From an uncultured Methylomirabilota bacterium (GTDB lineage Bacteria > Methylomirabilota > Methylomirabilia > Methylomirabilales > 2-02-FULL-66-22), in assembly GCA_963842855.1 (NCBI GenBank), contig CAWJHW010000003.1, positions 696,616-760,615 on the forward strand: a DNA stretch of 64,000 bases, written 5' to 3'. Each line of letters begins with the position of its first letter. The first letter of the stretch is position 1. Made by a program: the position numbers and the translations under genes. Under the pieces are notes generated by a model. The model did not search any database. It saw nothing but the letters and a program-made list of their open reading frames with translations, and had not been told where the DNA came from. Below, piece by piece: positions 38,243 through 50,450 of the stretch.

Positions 38243-38319
38243 GGCGTCCTCCTTACAGGGCGATTCCGGTGGCCGGACCGTCCGGCCCGGGGTCATTTAG
38301 CCCAAACGTTTCAGCCTTA

Positions 38320-38469
38320 CCGCAGAGCCCGCCGAGGCCGCAGAGGAAGACGAGATATTCGCTCAGGATCCAGGAACAACGGATCTTCAGAGTCGGAACG
38401 CTTTTCCCCAGCCTGCCCGAAGAAAGGACTCATCGTGTCTGTCTCTGCGATCTTGGCGATCTCTGCGGT
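38320..38469. repeat. Inverted word arrays: ccgcagag cccgccgag gccgcagag gaagacgag ... ctctgcgat cttggcgat ctctgcggt
   Basis: CTCTGCGG is the reverse complement of CCGCAGAG. The arms are about 90 nt apart, between the nitroreductase stop and the MTH1187 start. Confidence 0.55.
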
Positions 38470-38482
38470 GAAAAATCCGGGC

Positions 38483-39163
38483 TTAGGCTTTCCCGGGCAC
38501 GATCCCCGACCACGTGGTGAGCTCATCGGCGGGAACCCGCGTCCGCGCGAACCGGTTCACGGGCGCATCGGTGACCGGGTAGCCGACGGGGATGGCGAGC
38601 ATGACCCGCTTGGTCTCCGGAATCCCCAGCACCTCGTGGAAGAGCCAAGGATAGCGGAGCGGGGCCGCCTGGGGGCAGGTCCCGAGGCCCTTCCCGTGTG
38701 CCAGGAGCATCAGTGCCAGGGCTACCGCCCCCAAATCCAGCACTCCCAGCTCCGTAAAGCACCGCTCCATGGTGAGAACGATGACCTGGGGGGCGTCGAA
38801 GAATCCGATCCCGAAAAGGGTCCACTCGTCCTTCCTTGCCTTGTCGTCGGCCGCGATGCCGAGTGCCTCGGTCACGGTGTTCCCCACCGCCACGCGGCGT
38901 TCCTTGAATCGCTCGGGAAGATTCGGGGGCCAGCTCATCTCGGGCTTACCGACTGGGTCGGCCTTGGCCGCCTCGCGAAGCCGACGTCGGAGCGTCTGGA
39001 GACGCTCGCCGCCGACGACCGTGAACTCCCACGGCTGGGTGTTGGCGGCCGACGGCGTCCACCGGGCCGCCTCCACGATCTGCCGCAGGACGGCGGGTGG
39101 CACCGGGTCAGGACGGAACGCCCGAATACTCCGACGGCCGAGGATCGCGTCTTCGATTTGCAT
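38483..39163 (-). CDS. Nitroreductase-family oxidoreductase
   Basis: MQIEDAILGRRSIRAFRPDPVPPAVLRQIVEAARWTPSAANTQPWEFTVV... Confidence 0.85.
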   Translation of the reverse strand: MQIEDAILGRRSIRAFRPDPVPPAVLRQIVEAARWTPSAANTQPWEFTVVGGERLQTLRRRLREAAKADPVGKPEMSWPPNLPERFKERRVAVGNTVTEALGIAADDKARKDEWTLFGIGFFDAPQVIVLTMERCFTELGVLDLGAVALALMLLAHGKGLGTCPQAAPLRYPWLFHEVLGIPETKRVMLAIPVGYPVTDAPVNRFARTRVPADELTTWSGIVPGKA

Positions 39164-39597
39164 GCGGGGTCTCCTTTCGTCCTCAAGGTAAGTGCGGCAA
39201 TCCGGAAAACACGTGCGCGCCGCCGGAATCCAAGAGAGCCGGACGGCAGGACATATCCTACCCCAATCCCCCGGCGGTATCCATCAACTTGCGGCAATTG
39301 TCTCCAGTTGCAGCCAGGTCGTCCCGGGCTCGGCAACCCCCTGCTTGTCAACCGGGGCCGTGGTCGCTGCGAACAAGTTGCGCAATGCATAGCGCGAATC
39401 GAACAACCTGTCGTAAACTGCCTCCGGCGCGCGGGGCGAACTCGCCAGCTTAAGGGTGCGCTGGGCGAACACCCCCGGCCGGCGCTTGGACACGCCGGGG
39501 AGTTGCGGGCCGTATCGCTCGGGAGTGATGGAGGACCGTCGAGAGGAGGGATCCACCTTGGCAGCGCACAAACGGCTGGGTCCCCCTTTACACAGAT

Positions 39598-40388
39598 GTG
39601 ACGGAGCTGATGACAGGAGGGATGCCGATGCCTACTGTACCAGGTGTTGCCATCGTAACCGGCGCATCCCGCGGGATCGGCCGGGCCATCGCTGCCGCCC
39701 TGGCCGCGTCGGGCCATCGCATCGTCCTGAGTTACCGGGATCGCGAGGACCAGGCGGCCGGCCTCGTGGAGAGGATCCGCGCGGCCGGCGGCGAGGCCGT
39801 CGCTGTCCGGGCGGATGTGGGCCAGCCCACGGAGGCGGACGCGCTGGTGCGCACCGCGCTCGACACCTTCGGCCGGGTTGACGTCCTGGTGAACAATGCG
39901 GGCGTCCACCTCCCAGGGGTGCCCTTGGCCGCTGTGCGGTGGGAGGAGTGGGAGCGGCTCCTCCGGGTGAACCTGAGCGGTCCCCTCCGGCTCATCCAGG
40001 CGGTGATTCCCCAGATGCGGGAGCGCCGCCGCGGCCACATCGTCAACATCTCCTCCAACGTGAGCCACGACTCCCGGCCGGCAACGGTCCCTACACCGTG
40101 TCTAAGGTGGGCCTGGAAGTATTGACGCGAATTCTCGCCAAGGAAGAGGGGCCGCATGGGATCCGCGTGAACGCCATCGCCCCCGGACCCATCCGGACGG
40201 ACATGCTCGAGGAGTCCCTGAAAGTAATGGGCCCGGAGCGAGCCGAAGCCTTCATCCGCTCGGTCCCGCTGGGACGGACGGGCCAGCCGGAGGAGATTGC
40301 CAGCGTCGTCGTGTTCCTGGTCTCCGACGCGGCGAGCTTCATCACGGGCCAGATCATCTACGTGAACGGCGGCGGCCCCGGGGGATAG
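39598..40388 (+). pseudogene. Short-chain dehydrogenase/reductase (FabG-like), one apparent frameshift near 40062-40075
   Basis: VAIVTGASRGIGRAIA, VLVNNAGV and ...GHIVNISSNVS in ORF 39598..40125. Then ...PAGNGPYTVSKVGLEVLTRILAKE..RVNAIAPGPIRTDM..ITGQIIYVNGG* in ORF 39939..40388. Confidence 0.8.
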
Positions 40389-40688
40389 GCCTCGGCAAAC
40401 CAACTCCGGCAGGCCTTCCGTCAAACTGGAGGGGACGTCGCATTACAGGTATTATTTCCTACCGACACCACCAGTCGATCAGTTTCCTCCACGGACGGGC
40501 AGCTTCTTCCGCTCCGCATGGCCTGAGGGCAGTACAATTCCACCTATAATGCCACGTCCCCTTCTTAGGAGTGCATCCAAGAAGGGTCAGGGTTTCATAC
40601 CTCTGGCCCTTTTTTCTTGTTTTCCGCCCGCACTGCGCTACCCTTTCGTTTTGTTTGTGATGCGTTACATGTGATCTGGGCCCGCGAC

Positions 40689-40723
40689 GCTCAGTGCTCG
40701 GCGCTCAGCTCGTGGCTCTCGGC
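40689..40723. repeat. CTCGGCN-family heptamer array (gctcagt gctcggc gctcagc tcgtggc tctcggc)
   Basis: Shares the exact 13-mer GCTCGTGGCTCTC with the array at 59524-59558. Lies just upstream of the HpcH aldolase RBS. Confidence 0.55.
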
Positions 40724-40748
40724 TCTTTAATCCCCCACGGAGGATGCG

Positions 40749-41534
40749 ATGATCCTGGAGAACCAAGTGAAGAAGACCCTGAAGGCCGGCGGCGTCGTCC
40801 TCGGTACCATGATCACCCACCTGCGGCAGCCCGCGGTCGCCGTCCTGATGAAGAACGCGGGCTGGGACTACGTCTTCCTGGATGCCGAACACGGCAGCTT
40901 CACCCCCCCGGACCTGGCCGACTTCTGCATTGCGGCCCGCGGCGTCAACCTCCCGACCATCGTGCGCGTACCCGCCTGCACCGAGGCCCAGCGCCTATAC
41001 CAGACCCTCGACCTGGGCGCCACCGGCCTCCTCTGCCCTCTCACCGAGACCAAGGAGCGGGCGGAGTTCATCATCCATTCCACCAAATACTTCCCCATGG
41101 GGCAGCGCGGGATGAACCTCCGCAACGTCCACACCTCCTGGGGGAAGTACAAAGGCTCCGAGCTGACCCCCAAGCTGAACCAGGAGACCATGATCGTCCT
41201 GCAGATCGAATCCAAGAAGGGGGTGGAGAATCTCGAGAGCATACTCGAGGTGCCCGGCCCGGATGCCGTCTTCATCGGCCCGAACGACATGTCCCAGACC
41301 CTGGGCATCCCCGGCGACATCGGCCACCCCGAGGTGGTGAAGCATGTGGACAAGGTCCTCGAGATCTGCCAGAAGAAAAACATCCCCTGCGGTCTACACA
41401 CCTACGACGTGGAGACGGCCAAGAAGTGGATCGGCCGCGGCTGCCGCTTCATGTGCATCGGCGGCGACACCGCCTGGCTCCAGGATAGTTGTCAAGCGGC
41501 CTACAAGGCGGTGATGGAAGGCGTGAAGAAGTAG
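40749..41534 (+). CDS. HpcH/HpaI-family aldolase
   Basis: ...GTMITHLRQPAVAVLMKNAGWDYVFLDAEHGSF..., ...IVLQIESKKGVENLESILEVPGPDAVFIGPNDMSQTLG... GGAGGA RBS. Confidence 0.8.
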   Translation: MILENQVKKTLKAGGVVLGTMITHLRQPAVAVLMKNAGWDYVFLDAEHGSFTPPDLADFCIAARGVNLPTIVRVPACTEAQRLYQTLDLGATGLLCPLTETKERAEFIIHSTKYFPMGQRGMNLRNVHTSWGKYKGSELTPKLNQETMIVLQIESKKGVENLESILEVPGPDAVFIGPNDMSQTLGIPGDIGHPEVVKHVDKVLEICQKKNIPCGLHTYDVETAKKWIGRGCRFMCIGGDTAWLQDSCQAAYKAVMEGVKK

Positions 41535-41551
41535 GGAGAGGTAGAGAGAGA

Positions 41552-42367
41552 CTACAGCAGGTCTCGGTAGATCCCCGGTCGCCGATCCTGGAGGTGGGTC
41601 CAGTCCTCGCGGACGCGTGCGACCCGGTCCAGGTCCAGGTCCGCCAAGATCACCCCCTCATCGGCGCCGGCCGGCCCCGTGACGAAGTCGCCGTTGGGGT
41701 CCACACAGAAGCTTCTCCCGTGGAAGGTCATCGTCCCCTCGGTGCCGACCCGATTCACCCGCATCGCGTATAGGCAGTTGTACACGGCGTGGCCCATGAT
41801 CGCGCGTTCCCACCGGGGCACACCCCCCGAGGTGGAGCAGGCCGTCGGGCACAGGATGACCTCGGCCCCCTTCAGCGCCAGGGCCCGCGCCCCTTCCGGG
41901 AAGAAGTTGTCCCAGCAGATCTGCACGCCGATGGTCGCGAAGCGCGTCCGGAACACGGGGAACCCCAGATTCCCCGGCCGGAAATAGAACCGCTCCTGAT
42001 AGTTGGGGAGATCGGGGATGTGGTTCTTGCGATAGGTGCCGAGGATGGCGCCGCTGGCGTCGATCACCAGGCTGGTGTTGTAGTGGCCGGCATCGTCCGC
42101 CGCCTCGAAGATGGGCGCGACCAGGGCCACCTGGGCCTCCTCGGCGAACAGTTGCAGCGAGCGGGTCATGGGCCCGGGGATGGGCACCGCCAACTGGCGA
42201 TTCGCCTCCGCCGCCTTGCGCGGGAACCAGGGCCAGGCGAAGCACTCGGCGAAGCAGAGGATCTTGGCGCCGCGCTCGACGGCGATCTTGGCGAGATCCA
42301 GCGCCTTGGAGAAGTTCTCGTCCCGATCCATCCCGCAGGCCATTTGAATTCCCGCAACCGTCAGCAT
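41552..42367 (-). CDS. Carbon-nitrogen hydrolase (nitrilase superfamily)
   Basis: ...ILCFAECFAWPWF (Glu), ...YRKNHIPD (Lys), ...IGVQICWDNFFPE (Cys). Confidence 0.8.
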   Translation of the reverse strand: MLTVAGIQMACGMDRDENFSKALDLAKIAVERGAKILCFAECFAWPWFPRKAAEANRQLAVPIPGPMTRSLQLFAEEAQVALVAPIFEAADDAGHYNTSLVIDASGAILGTYRKNHIPDLPNYQERFYFRPGNLGFPVFRTRFATIGVQICWDNFFPEGARALALKGAEVILCPTACSTSGGVPRWERAIMGHAVYNCLYAMRVNRVGTEGTMTFHGRSFCVDPNGDFVTGPAGADEGVILADLDLDRVARVREDWTHLQDRRPGIYRDLL

Positions 42368-42392
42368 GCTGCCTCCCGCGCCGTTTCGCCGG

Positions 42393-45293
<2,901 letters not shown>

Positions 45294-45475
45294 TATCCTT
45301 CCATGCGTTTGGACCTATCGAGACAGGCCGACGTATGGTAACAGACAAACCGGAGGGCAGCAATTCAATTCCGGGAGCTTGGAGCGCCCGATCGGGCCCC
45401 GGCCTCCCCTTCCGAGGAGGAGGCGATTCCTCACCGTTCCACCTCGAAGGAGCCGGAGGGGATCTGAGGCGATCA

Positions 45476-45514
45476 GAGAAGAAAAAAGAAGCCCCGGGGC
45501 GCGGCCCCGGGGCT
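45476..45514 (-). terminator. Rho-independent terminator after the M23 peptidase gene
   Basis: On the minus strand, AGCCCCGGGG-CCGCG-CCCCGGGGCT (perfect 10-bp stem) is followed by TCTTTTTTCTTCTC. Confidence 0.7.
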
Positions 45515-45538
45515 CCTGCGAGGATTCCGATTGAGTGC

Positions 45539-46486
45539 CTACGACTGCCCGCCGACCTCACCCTCGTTGGCATACTTCACCCCTGACTGGTCGACGATGT
45601 ACCTCAGGGGGTTCACCGCAGCGCCGTTGACTTGGACCTCGTAATGGACGTGCGGCCCGGTCGTCCGGCCCGAGGTACCAATGAAGGCGATGACCTGCCC
45701 CCGCTTCACCTGTTGGCCTTCCTTCACGGGGATGGTGCTGGTGTGCGCGTAGAACGTCGTGAACCCGTGCCCGTGGTTGATGAAGACCACGTTGCCAAAG
45801 GCGGCCAGGGGCCCGACGAAGGAGACGACCCCATCGGCCGTGGCCATGATGGGGGTGCCGTATTGGGCGGCGATGTCTAGCCCTTCGTGCATCTCCCGCT
45901 GCCCTGTGAAGGGCGACACGCGGTAGCCGTACCCGGCCGTGAGCAGGCCCCGGACCGGCCAGATGGTCGGCGTCGAGGCCAGCACCGAGCGCTTCGCCTC
46001 CAGGAGGTCCTTCAGCTCGCGGAAGCTCTTCTCGCGCGAGATGATCTCGTTCCCCAGGGCCTCCAGATCCTGCCCCACCCAGTCCGCCAGGTGGCCGGTG
46101 CCCTTCCGCACCGCATCCAGGAGCGCGGCCTGGCTGAGCCTCTCGGATCCGCCCTGCGCCGTCCTGGCGGCCTGGTCGTCCCCGGCCTCCAGCCCGGCCA
46201 CCACGCGAAGCTTGCGATCCAGATCGCGCAGCCGCGTCAGCTCCCCCTCGAGCTGGCCCACCTTGGCGGCCAGGAAGTTCCGGTCGCCCGCCTCCTGGCG
46301 GAGTTGCTTCAGCTCCAGCATGCGGACGTTCAGGTTCACGTACTGGTACAGGAAGAAGGCCAAGGCGAGGACGGAGACCGCCGTGACGGACGACACCACC
46401 GTGATGATGGTCTTGTTGATGTGGAACTTCCTTGCCGGTGAGGTCGCATCGGGTAGGATGAGGACCGTGTAAAAGCGCTTGGCCAT
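45539..46486 (-). CDS. M23-family peptidase (murein endopeptidase-like) with coiled-coil N-terminal region
   Basis: ...HEGLDIAAQYGTPIMATADGVVSFVG...FINHGHGFTTFYAHTS...IAFIGTSGRTTGPHVHYEV. Start taken at MAKRFYTVLILPD. Confidence 0.85.
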   Translation of the reverse strand: MAKRFYTVLILPDATSPARKFHINKTIITVVSSVTAVSVLALAFFLYQYVNLNVRMLELKQLRQEAGDRNFLAAKVGQLEGELTRLRDLDRKLRVVAGLEAGDDQAARTAQGGSERLSQAALLDAVRKGTGHLADWVGQDLEALGNEIISREKSFRELKDLLEAKRSVLASTPTIWPVRGLLTAGYGYRVSPFTGQREMHEGLDIAAQYGTPIMATADGVVSFVGPLAAFGNVVFINHGHGFTTFYAHTSTIPVKEGQQVKRGQVIAFIGTSGRTTGPHVHYEVQVNGAAVNPLRYIVDQSGVKYANEGEVGGQS

Positions 46487-47140
46487 CACCGCCTCCTTGC
46501 GCTCCCCAAGAGATTCCCGAAGGAAGCTGAACACCCCCTGGACGCGGACACGATGGCCCCCGTCAAAGAAGTCGCACGAGGGCACGCTGAAACGGGTGAG
46601 AAAGCCAAGGGGCACTTGTGAATTCTTCGCTGAGGGCCAACGGACCGTACCACGGGTCCGGAAAGTGTGTCAAGCGGAAATTCCCCCGCCGGCAAGACTT
46701 CAGCCATACCCTCAGGCTTTGATCGAAGCGATCTCACGGCGTGGATGGCGCTGGCCTCCATCGGGCATACGCGGGGACTGAAACCGCACCGGCATGAGCC
46801 ACGAGCGGGACGGGATGCGTATGGCGTGCCTACCCTCAAGGGCCGCACCATCCCGGAGAATCTCCAGCGGTCGTCTCGAACCCAGGACAGAAGATTCGGC
46901 AGGTTGCGCCATCACGGAAGGAACAGGGCAGACGAGGGGCGCAGGGGCCTGACCTCAACTGATCAGGATGGGTTCCCGACATGCGCCGAACGTGCACGCT
47001 CGACCATCCGCGGCCGGCCAGCAGTATGCCGATTCTGCACACCCTGTACCGCCCAGGGCCGCATCCCGCAACGGCACCCCGACGCTGAGGCTTATTCCGG
47101 ATTCGAATACCCTCTGGGTGCTCCGCAATCCGCATTCGGG

Positions 47141-47821
47141 CTACCGGTCCCGCTCCATGATCACGACGCTGAGGCCGCGGGACGCCAGCCGCTCGGCCAA
47201 GGCCATGGCCTCCGACCGGCCGGCGAAGTTGCCGACCCGGACGCGGAAGTAGGTATCGCCGCCGATGGCGCGGCGCACCACCTCCACGTCTGGAAAACTG
47301 CCGGCCAGGTCCCGTTCCAGGCTCCTGGCATTCGCCTCGGAGACGAAGGAACCCGCCTGGACCGTGTACCGGACCCTCGCTCCGACCGGCTCGGTCCCAT
47401 CCCCGGCCGAAAGGCGGGTCACGACCACCCGGACAGGGATGACGCCGGGGCCGATCATCCCCAGGAGGCGCCCTGCCGCGTACGAGACGTCCAGGATTCG
47501 ATCCGGGACGAACGGGCCGCGATCGTTCACGCGCACCTCCACCGATCGCCCGTTGTCCAGGTTGGTCACCATGACCCACGTCCCCAGGGGCAGCTCCCGG
47601 TGGGCGGCGGTGAGCTGGTACATGTCATAGATCTCCCCGCTGGATGTGCGCCGCCCGTGGAATTCCGGTCCGTACCACGATGCCCGCCCGATCTCGCCCC
47701 CTCCGAGACTCACCGGGCGGACCGGGGGGCGGGCGCAGGAGGCGACGAGCAGGCATCCCACCACGAGGAAGAACACCTCTCTGCAATTTCGAATTTCGAA
47801 ATTCGAATTCCGAATTGGCAT
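47141..47821 (-). CDS. rlpA: Septal ring lytic transglycosylase RlpA-family lipoprotein (DPBB + SPOR)
   Basis: MPIRNSNFEIRNCREVFFLVVGCLLVASC|ARPP lipobox. GRASWYGPEFHGRRTSSGEIYDMYQLTAAH...VEVRVNDRGPF. SPOR domain YTVQAGSFVSEANARSLERDL...FRVRVGNFAGRSEAMALAERL. The track fuses it to the upstream HEAT gene as a 663-aa ORF. Confidence 0.85.
   Translation of the reverse strand: MPIRNSNFEIRNCREVFFLVVGCLLVASCARPPVRPVSLGGGEIGRASWYGPEFHGRRTSSGEIYDMYQLTAAHRELPLGTWVMVTNLDNGRSVEVRVNDRGPFVPDRILDVSYAAGRLLGMIGPGVIPVRVVVTRLSAGDGTEPVGARVRYTVQAGSFVSEANARSLERDLAGSFPDVEVVRRAIGGDTYFRVRVGNFAGRSEAMALAERLASRGLSVVIMERDR
47784..47818. repeat. 5 tandem heptamers GAAWTYC (caatttc gaatttc gaaattc gaattcc gaattgg) including the 14-bp perfect palindrome GAATTTCGAAATTC
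   Basis: Read directly. Lies inside codons 2-12 of the proposed rlpA ORF (encodes PIRNSNFEIRN). Confidence 0.7.
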
Positions 47822-47862
47822 CAGCAGCTTGGCCGGATTCCCCGCACCGGCCACCCCTCCTG

Positions 47863-49132
47863 TCAGCCTCCGATCCGGCTCGTGCCCTGGATCTCGGCCA
47901 GCTTCCCGGCCAGGGCCCACGCCGCCTGGAGGCGCACCGGCCGCGCGGCATCCGACACCGCCCGTCGGAGCGCCGGGATCCCGGCGCCATCCTGCATCTG
48001 CCCCAGCGTCCAGCTCGGCCTGCATGCGGACCTGCGGCTCCCCGTGGCGGAGGAGCTCCTCCAGGACCAGCTCGCCGCGCAGGTCGCCTAACCGCGCCAG
48101 CGTCCAGGCAGCGTAGAGGCGGGCGGAGAGATCATCGCCGGACGTCAGCGTCTCGATCAATCGCGGGGCGCCGGTGGCATCCCCCAGGTTCGCGAAGGCC
48201 TCCGCCGCGTACAGGGCCACGGATCGGTTGGGATGCCGCAGGGCCCTGCGCAGCGCCTCGCGCCCGCTGGCGTCATCTAGGCGGGCCAGGGCTTCGGCCG
48301 CGGACACCTGCACGTACGGGTTCGTGTCCGAGAGGAGCGCGCGAAGGTCGGGCGCGGCCTTCGGGTTCCCGAGATGGCCCAGGGCCTCCGCCGCCTGCAT
48401 CCGGATCGAATCCTCGGGATCCCGCAGACGCTGGCGAAGCAGCGCGAATGCCGACGCCTCTCCCGACCGGGCCAGCGCCGCGACGGCCCGGACCGCGACC
48501 TCAGGACTGGGGTCATGGATTGCCCGCTCCAATGCCGCTTTTGTCTGGGCATCGTCCCGACCCGTCAACGTCTTGGCAGCCACAGCACGGACCAGGGCTT
48601 CCTGATCGGGCAGCCTCTCCCGCACGAGCCGGCCGGCCTCCTCGCCCGGAATGGTTCCTGCCCCCTGCACAGCCAGGGCGCGGACCGAGGGATCCGGATT
48701 CCTCAGGGCCGCCTGGAAGACGGGCAAGAGGTCGGGAGACGCGAAGCCTCCCAACGCCGCGGCCGCGCGGGTGCGCAACAGGCCGTCCTCGCCCTCCAGC
48801 GCCTCTCTCAAGAGCGCGATGGCGACGTGGCGGAACAGGGCGGGGGACTCGGGACCGCCGGAAGACCAGCGGGCCGCATAGGCCGAGAGCGCCTCGTCCG
48901 GCCGCCCGGCCGCGAGGAGCACGCGGACGCGGAGGTCGTGGACCGGCCAGGCCTCGGGCTCCTTCTGGAGCGCCGCCACGACCAGATCGAGGGCCCGCGC
49001 GCTCTCCTTCTGCGCGAGCAGGCGATCCACCTGCGCATCCAGCGGGACCCCGCGACCGCAGGCCGACGCCAGGGCAACTCCCACCGCGAGCGCCAGGCCC
49101 CAGCGACACCGGCTACGGAGCCAGCTCATCAT
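47863..49132 (-). pseudogene. HEAT-repeat (PBS-lyase-type) exported protein, one apparent frameshift near 48005-48020
   Basis: Signal MMSWLRSRCRWGLALAVGVALASAC. Repeats ...NPDPSVRALAVQGAG.., ..DPSPEVAVRAVAALAR.., ..DPEDSIRMQAAEALGHLG.., ..DTNPYVQVSAAEALARL.. After ...GEPQVRMQA the sensible continuation LGQMQDGAGIPALRRAVSDAARPVRLQAAWALAGKLAEIQGTSRIGG* is in another frame (own translation; stop 47865-47863). Confidence 0.7.
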
Positions 49133-49463
49133 ATTTCTTCGCCGTCCCTCTGGCGCGCTCCACCGGATATTTCAACGCATTCTGCCGCAGCTTGGCCCTG
49201 GCCGCCTCCAAAAGATCCAGGCCCGCGGCATCCGCCAGGGAGATCAGGAGAATCAACACGTCCGCCATCTCCTCCCCCAGGCGTTTTCGATTCTCCTCCG
49301 TCGCCAGGAACGCCTCCACCTCGCCGGGACTCTTCCACTGGAAATGTTCCAACAGCTCGGCCGCCTCCAGCGTGATGGAGATCGCCAAGTCCTTGGGGTT
49401 GTGGAATGGCTTCCACTCCCGCTCATCGCGAAAGGCCAGGACCGCCTTCACCAGATCGTCCAT
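49113..49463 (-). CDS. MazG-like nucleotide pyrophosphohydrolase (small, single domain)
   Basis: MDDLVKAVLAFRDEREWKPFHNPKDLAISITLEAAELLEHFQWKS...LGEEMADVLILLISLADAAGLDL... Confidence 0.85.
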   Translation of the reverse strand: MDDLVKAVLAFRDEREWKPFHNPKDLAISITLEAAELLEHFQWKSPGEVEAFLATEENRKRLGEEMADVLILLISLADAAGLDLLEAARAKLRQNALKYPVERARGTAKKYDELAP

Positions 49464-49499
49464 GCCAATGTCTCCCCCAAGCCTAACCCGCCGTGGCCC

Positions 49500-49572
49500 C
49501 GTGAGACGTGAAACGTAAAACGTGAGAGACCCCCAACCAGGAACGTCTCTTCACGTTTCACGGTTCACGTTC
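49500..49572. repeat. Heptamer-built hairpin: 4x CGTGARA - 17-nt spacer - 3-4x KTTCACG
   Basis: cgtgaga cgtgaaa cgtaaaa cgtgaga gac ... gtctcttcacg tttcacg gttcacg. The arms are largely complementary. The right arm supplies the last codons (NVNRET) and stop of the upstream gene. Confidence 0.7.
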
Positions 49573-50450
49573 CAGACCACCCACGACCCGGGCAGCCCCT
49601 TGATGCGCTGCTCCTGGGCGATCCGTCCCTCCCCCTCCAAGGATCGGAGCGCGGCCTCGACCTCGCCTGCGGCGAGGCTGAACAGGCCCGCCACGAAGCG
49701 CGTTTGAGATGCGGCCGCGCTCCGGAGGTAGGCCGCCACGAGCCGCGTCACGGCTTCCTCCCGTGGAAGATCCAGGGACGCCCCAACCGGCTCCGGCAGC
49801 CAATTGTCCAGGAGGTCCCACCGGTAGTAGAAATCCGGATCGTAGATTTCCTCCACCTTGACGATCCAGAGACCCCGTTGCAGTTCGGCCATGGCCCGGT
49901 CAAAGTCGGCCGTCCGGTCCGGGTCCCGCATCGCCACGGCCTTGCGAAGCCCCGGCGTGACCAGGGGACCCCTATCGTGCAGGGCTTCCAGGATGGCCAC
50001 GGCCGCACGGGTCATCCGCCCATGGCGGTAGTCCACGATGTAATCGCCACTGCCCTTGCCATCCCGGATCAACGCGCAGAACGCCGGCAAGAGGTCGAGC
50101 GACACCAGCGTCGGCTTTCCCTTGACCAGCTTCCCGTAATAGGTCAGGCGCTTGGCCGGCAGGCGATCCTTCAGATCCCAGGTCAGGCCGATCTCGGGAT
50201 CGTGGTGGGTGTGCTTCGGCCGGCGAGGGTGGCGGCGCCCGCAGACCGCCACGTACAGACTGGCCACCGGCAGGTCGAAGTCACTCAGGGTGAAACAGAA
50301 GCCGACCTCGTTGACGAACTGGAGCGCGGTCTTCTCTCCGCGGACCTTGAGCTGCGGCAGGCGGCGGAAGGCGCGGTCGCGCCAGGCTTCGACCTCCTGG
50401 CGGTTGGCAACGGGACGGGCGGGACGCCGCCAGGGCGACCCATCGGTCAT
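49551..50450 (-). CDS. Hypothetical protein with C-terminal winged-helix-like domain (possibly YcaQ/AlkZ-like; unverified)
   Basis: ...AVAILEALHDRGPLVTPGLRKAV... and ...FSLAAGEVEAALRSLEGEGRIAQ... look like wH modules. ATGA overlap with the upstream gene. Confidence 0.35.
   Translation of the reverse strand: MTDGSPWRRPARPVANRQEVEAWRDRAFRRLPQLKVRGEKTALQFVNEVGFCFTLSDFDLPVASLYVAVCGRRHPRRPKHTHHDPEIGLTWDLKDRLPAKRLTYYGKLVKGKPTLVSLDLLPAFCALIRDGKGSGDYIVDYRHGRMTRAAVAILEALHDRGPLVTPGLRKAVAMRDPDRTADFDRAMAELQRGLWIVKVEEIYDPDFYYRWDLLDNWLPEPVGASLDLPREEAVTRLVAAYLRSAAASQTRFVAGLFSLAAGEVEAALRSLEGEGRIAQEQRIKGLPGSWVVWNVNRET

Noticed and set aside
40430-40690. Low-GC stretch after the SDR gene as a mobile-element scar or sRNA
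   Set aside because: I could find no inverted terminal repeats, target duplications or conserved RNA motif. It contains a weak hairpin plus a T-run that is adequately explained as the SDR terminator and the promoter region of the aldolase gene.
46860-46900. T-loop-like GGGTTCGAG on the minus strand as a tRNA or tmRNA remnant
   Set aside because: The flanking bases do not form a T-stem or acceptor stem, and no tmRNA tag or CCA end is present.
47141-49132. 663-aa HEAT-RlpA fusion protein
   Set aside because: The HEAT repeats continue sensibly in a different frame to a stop at 47863. RlpA has its own ATG and lipoprotein signal at 47821. The fused ORF crosses a nonsense Gly/Arg-rich linker.
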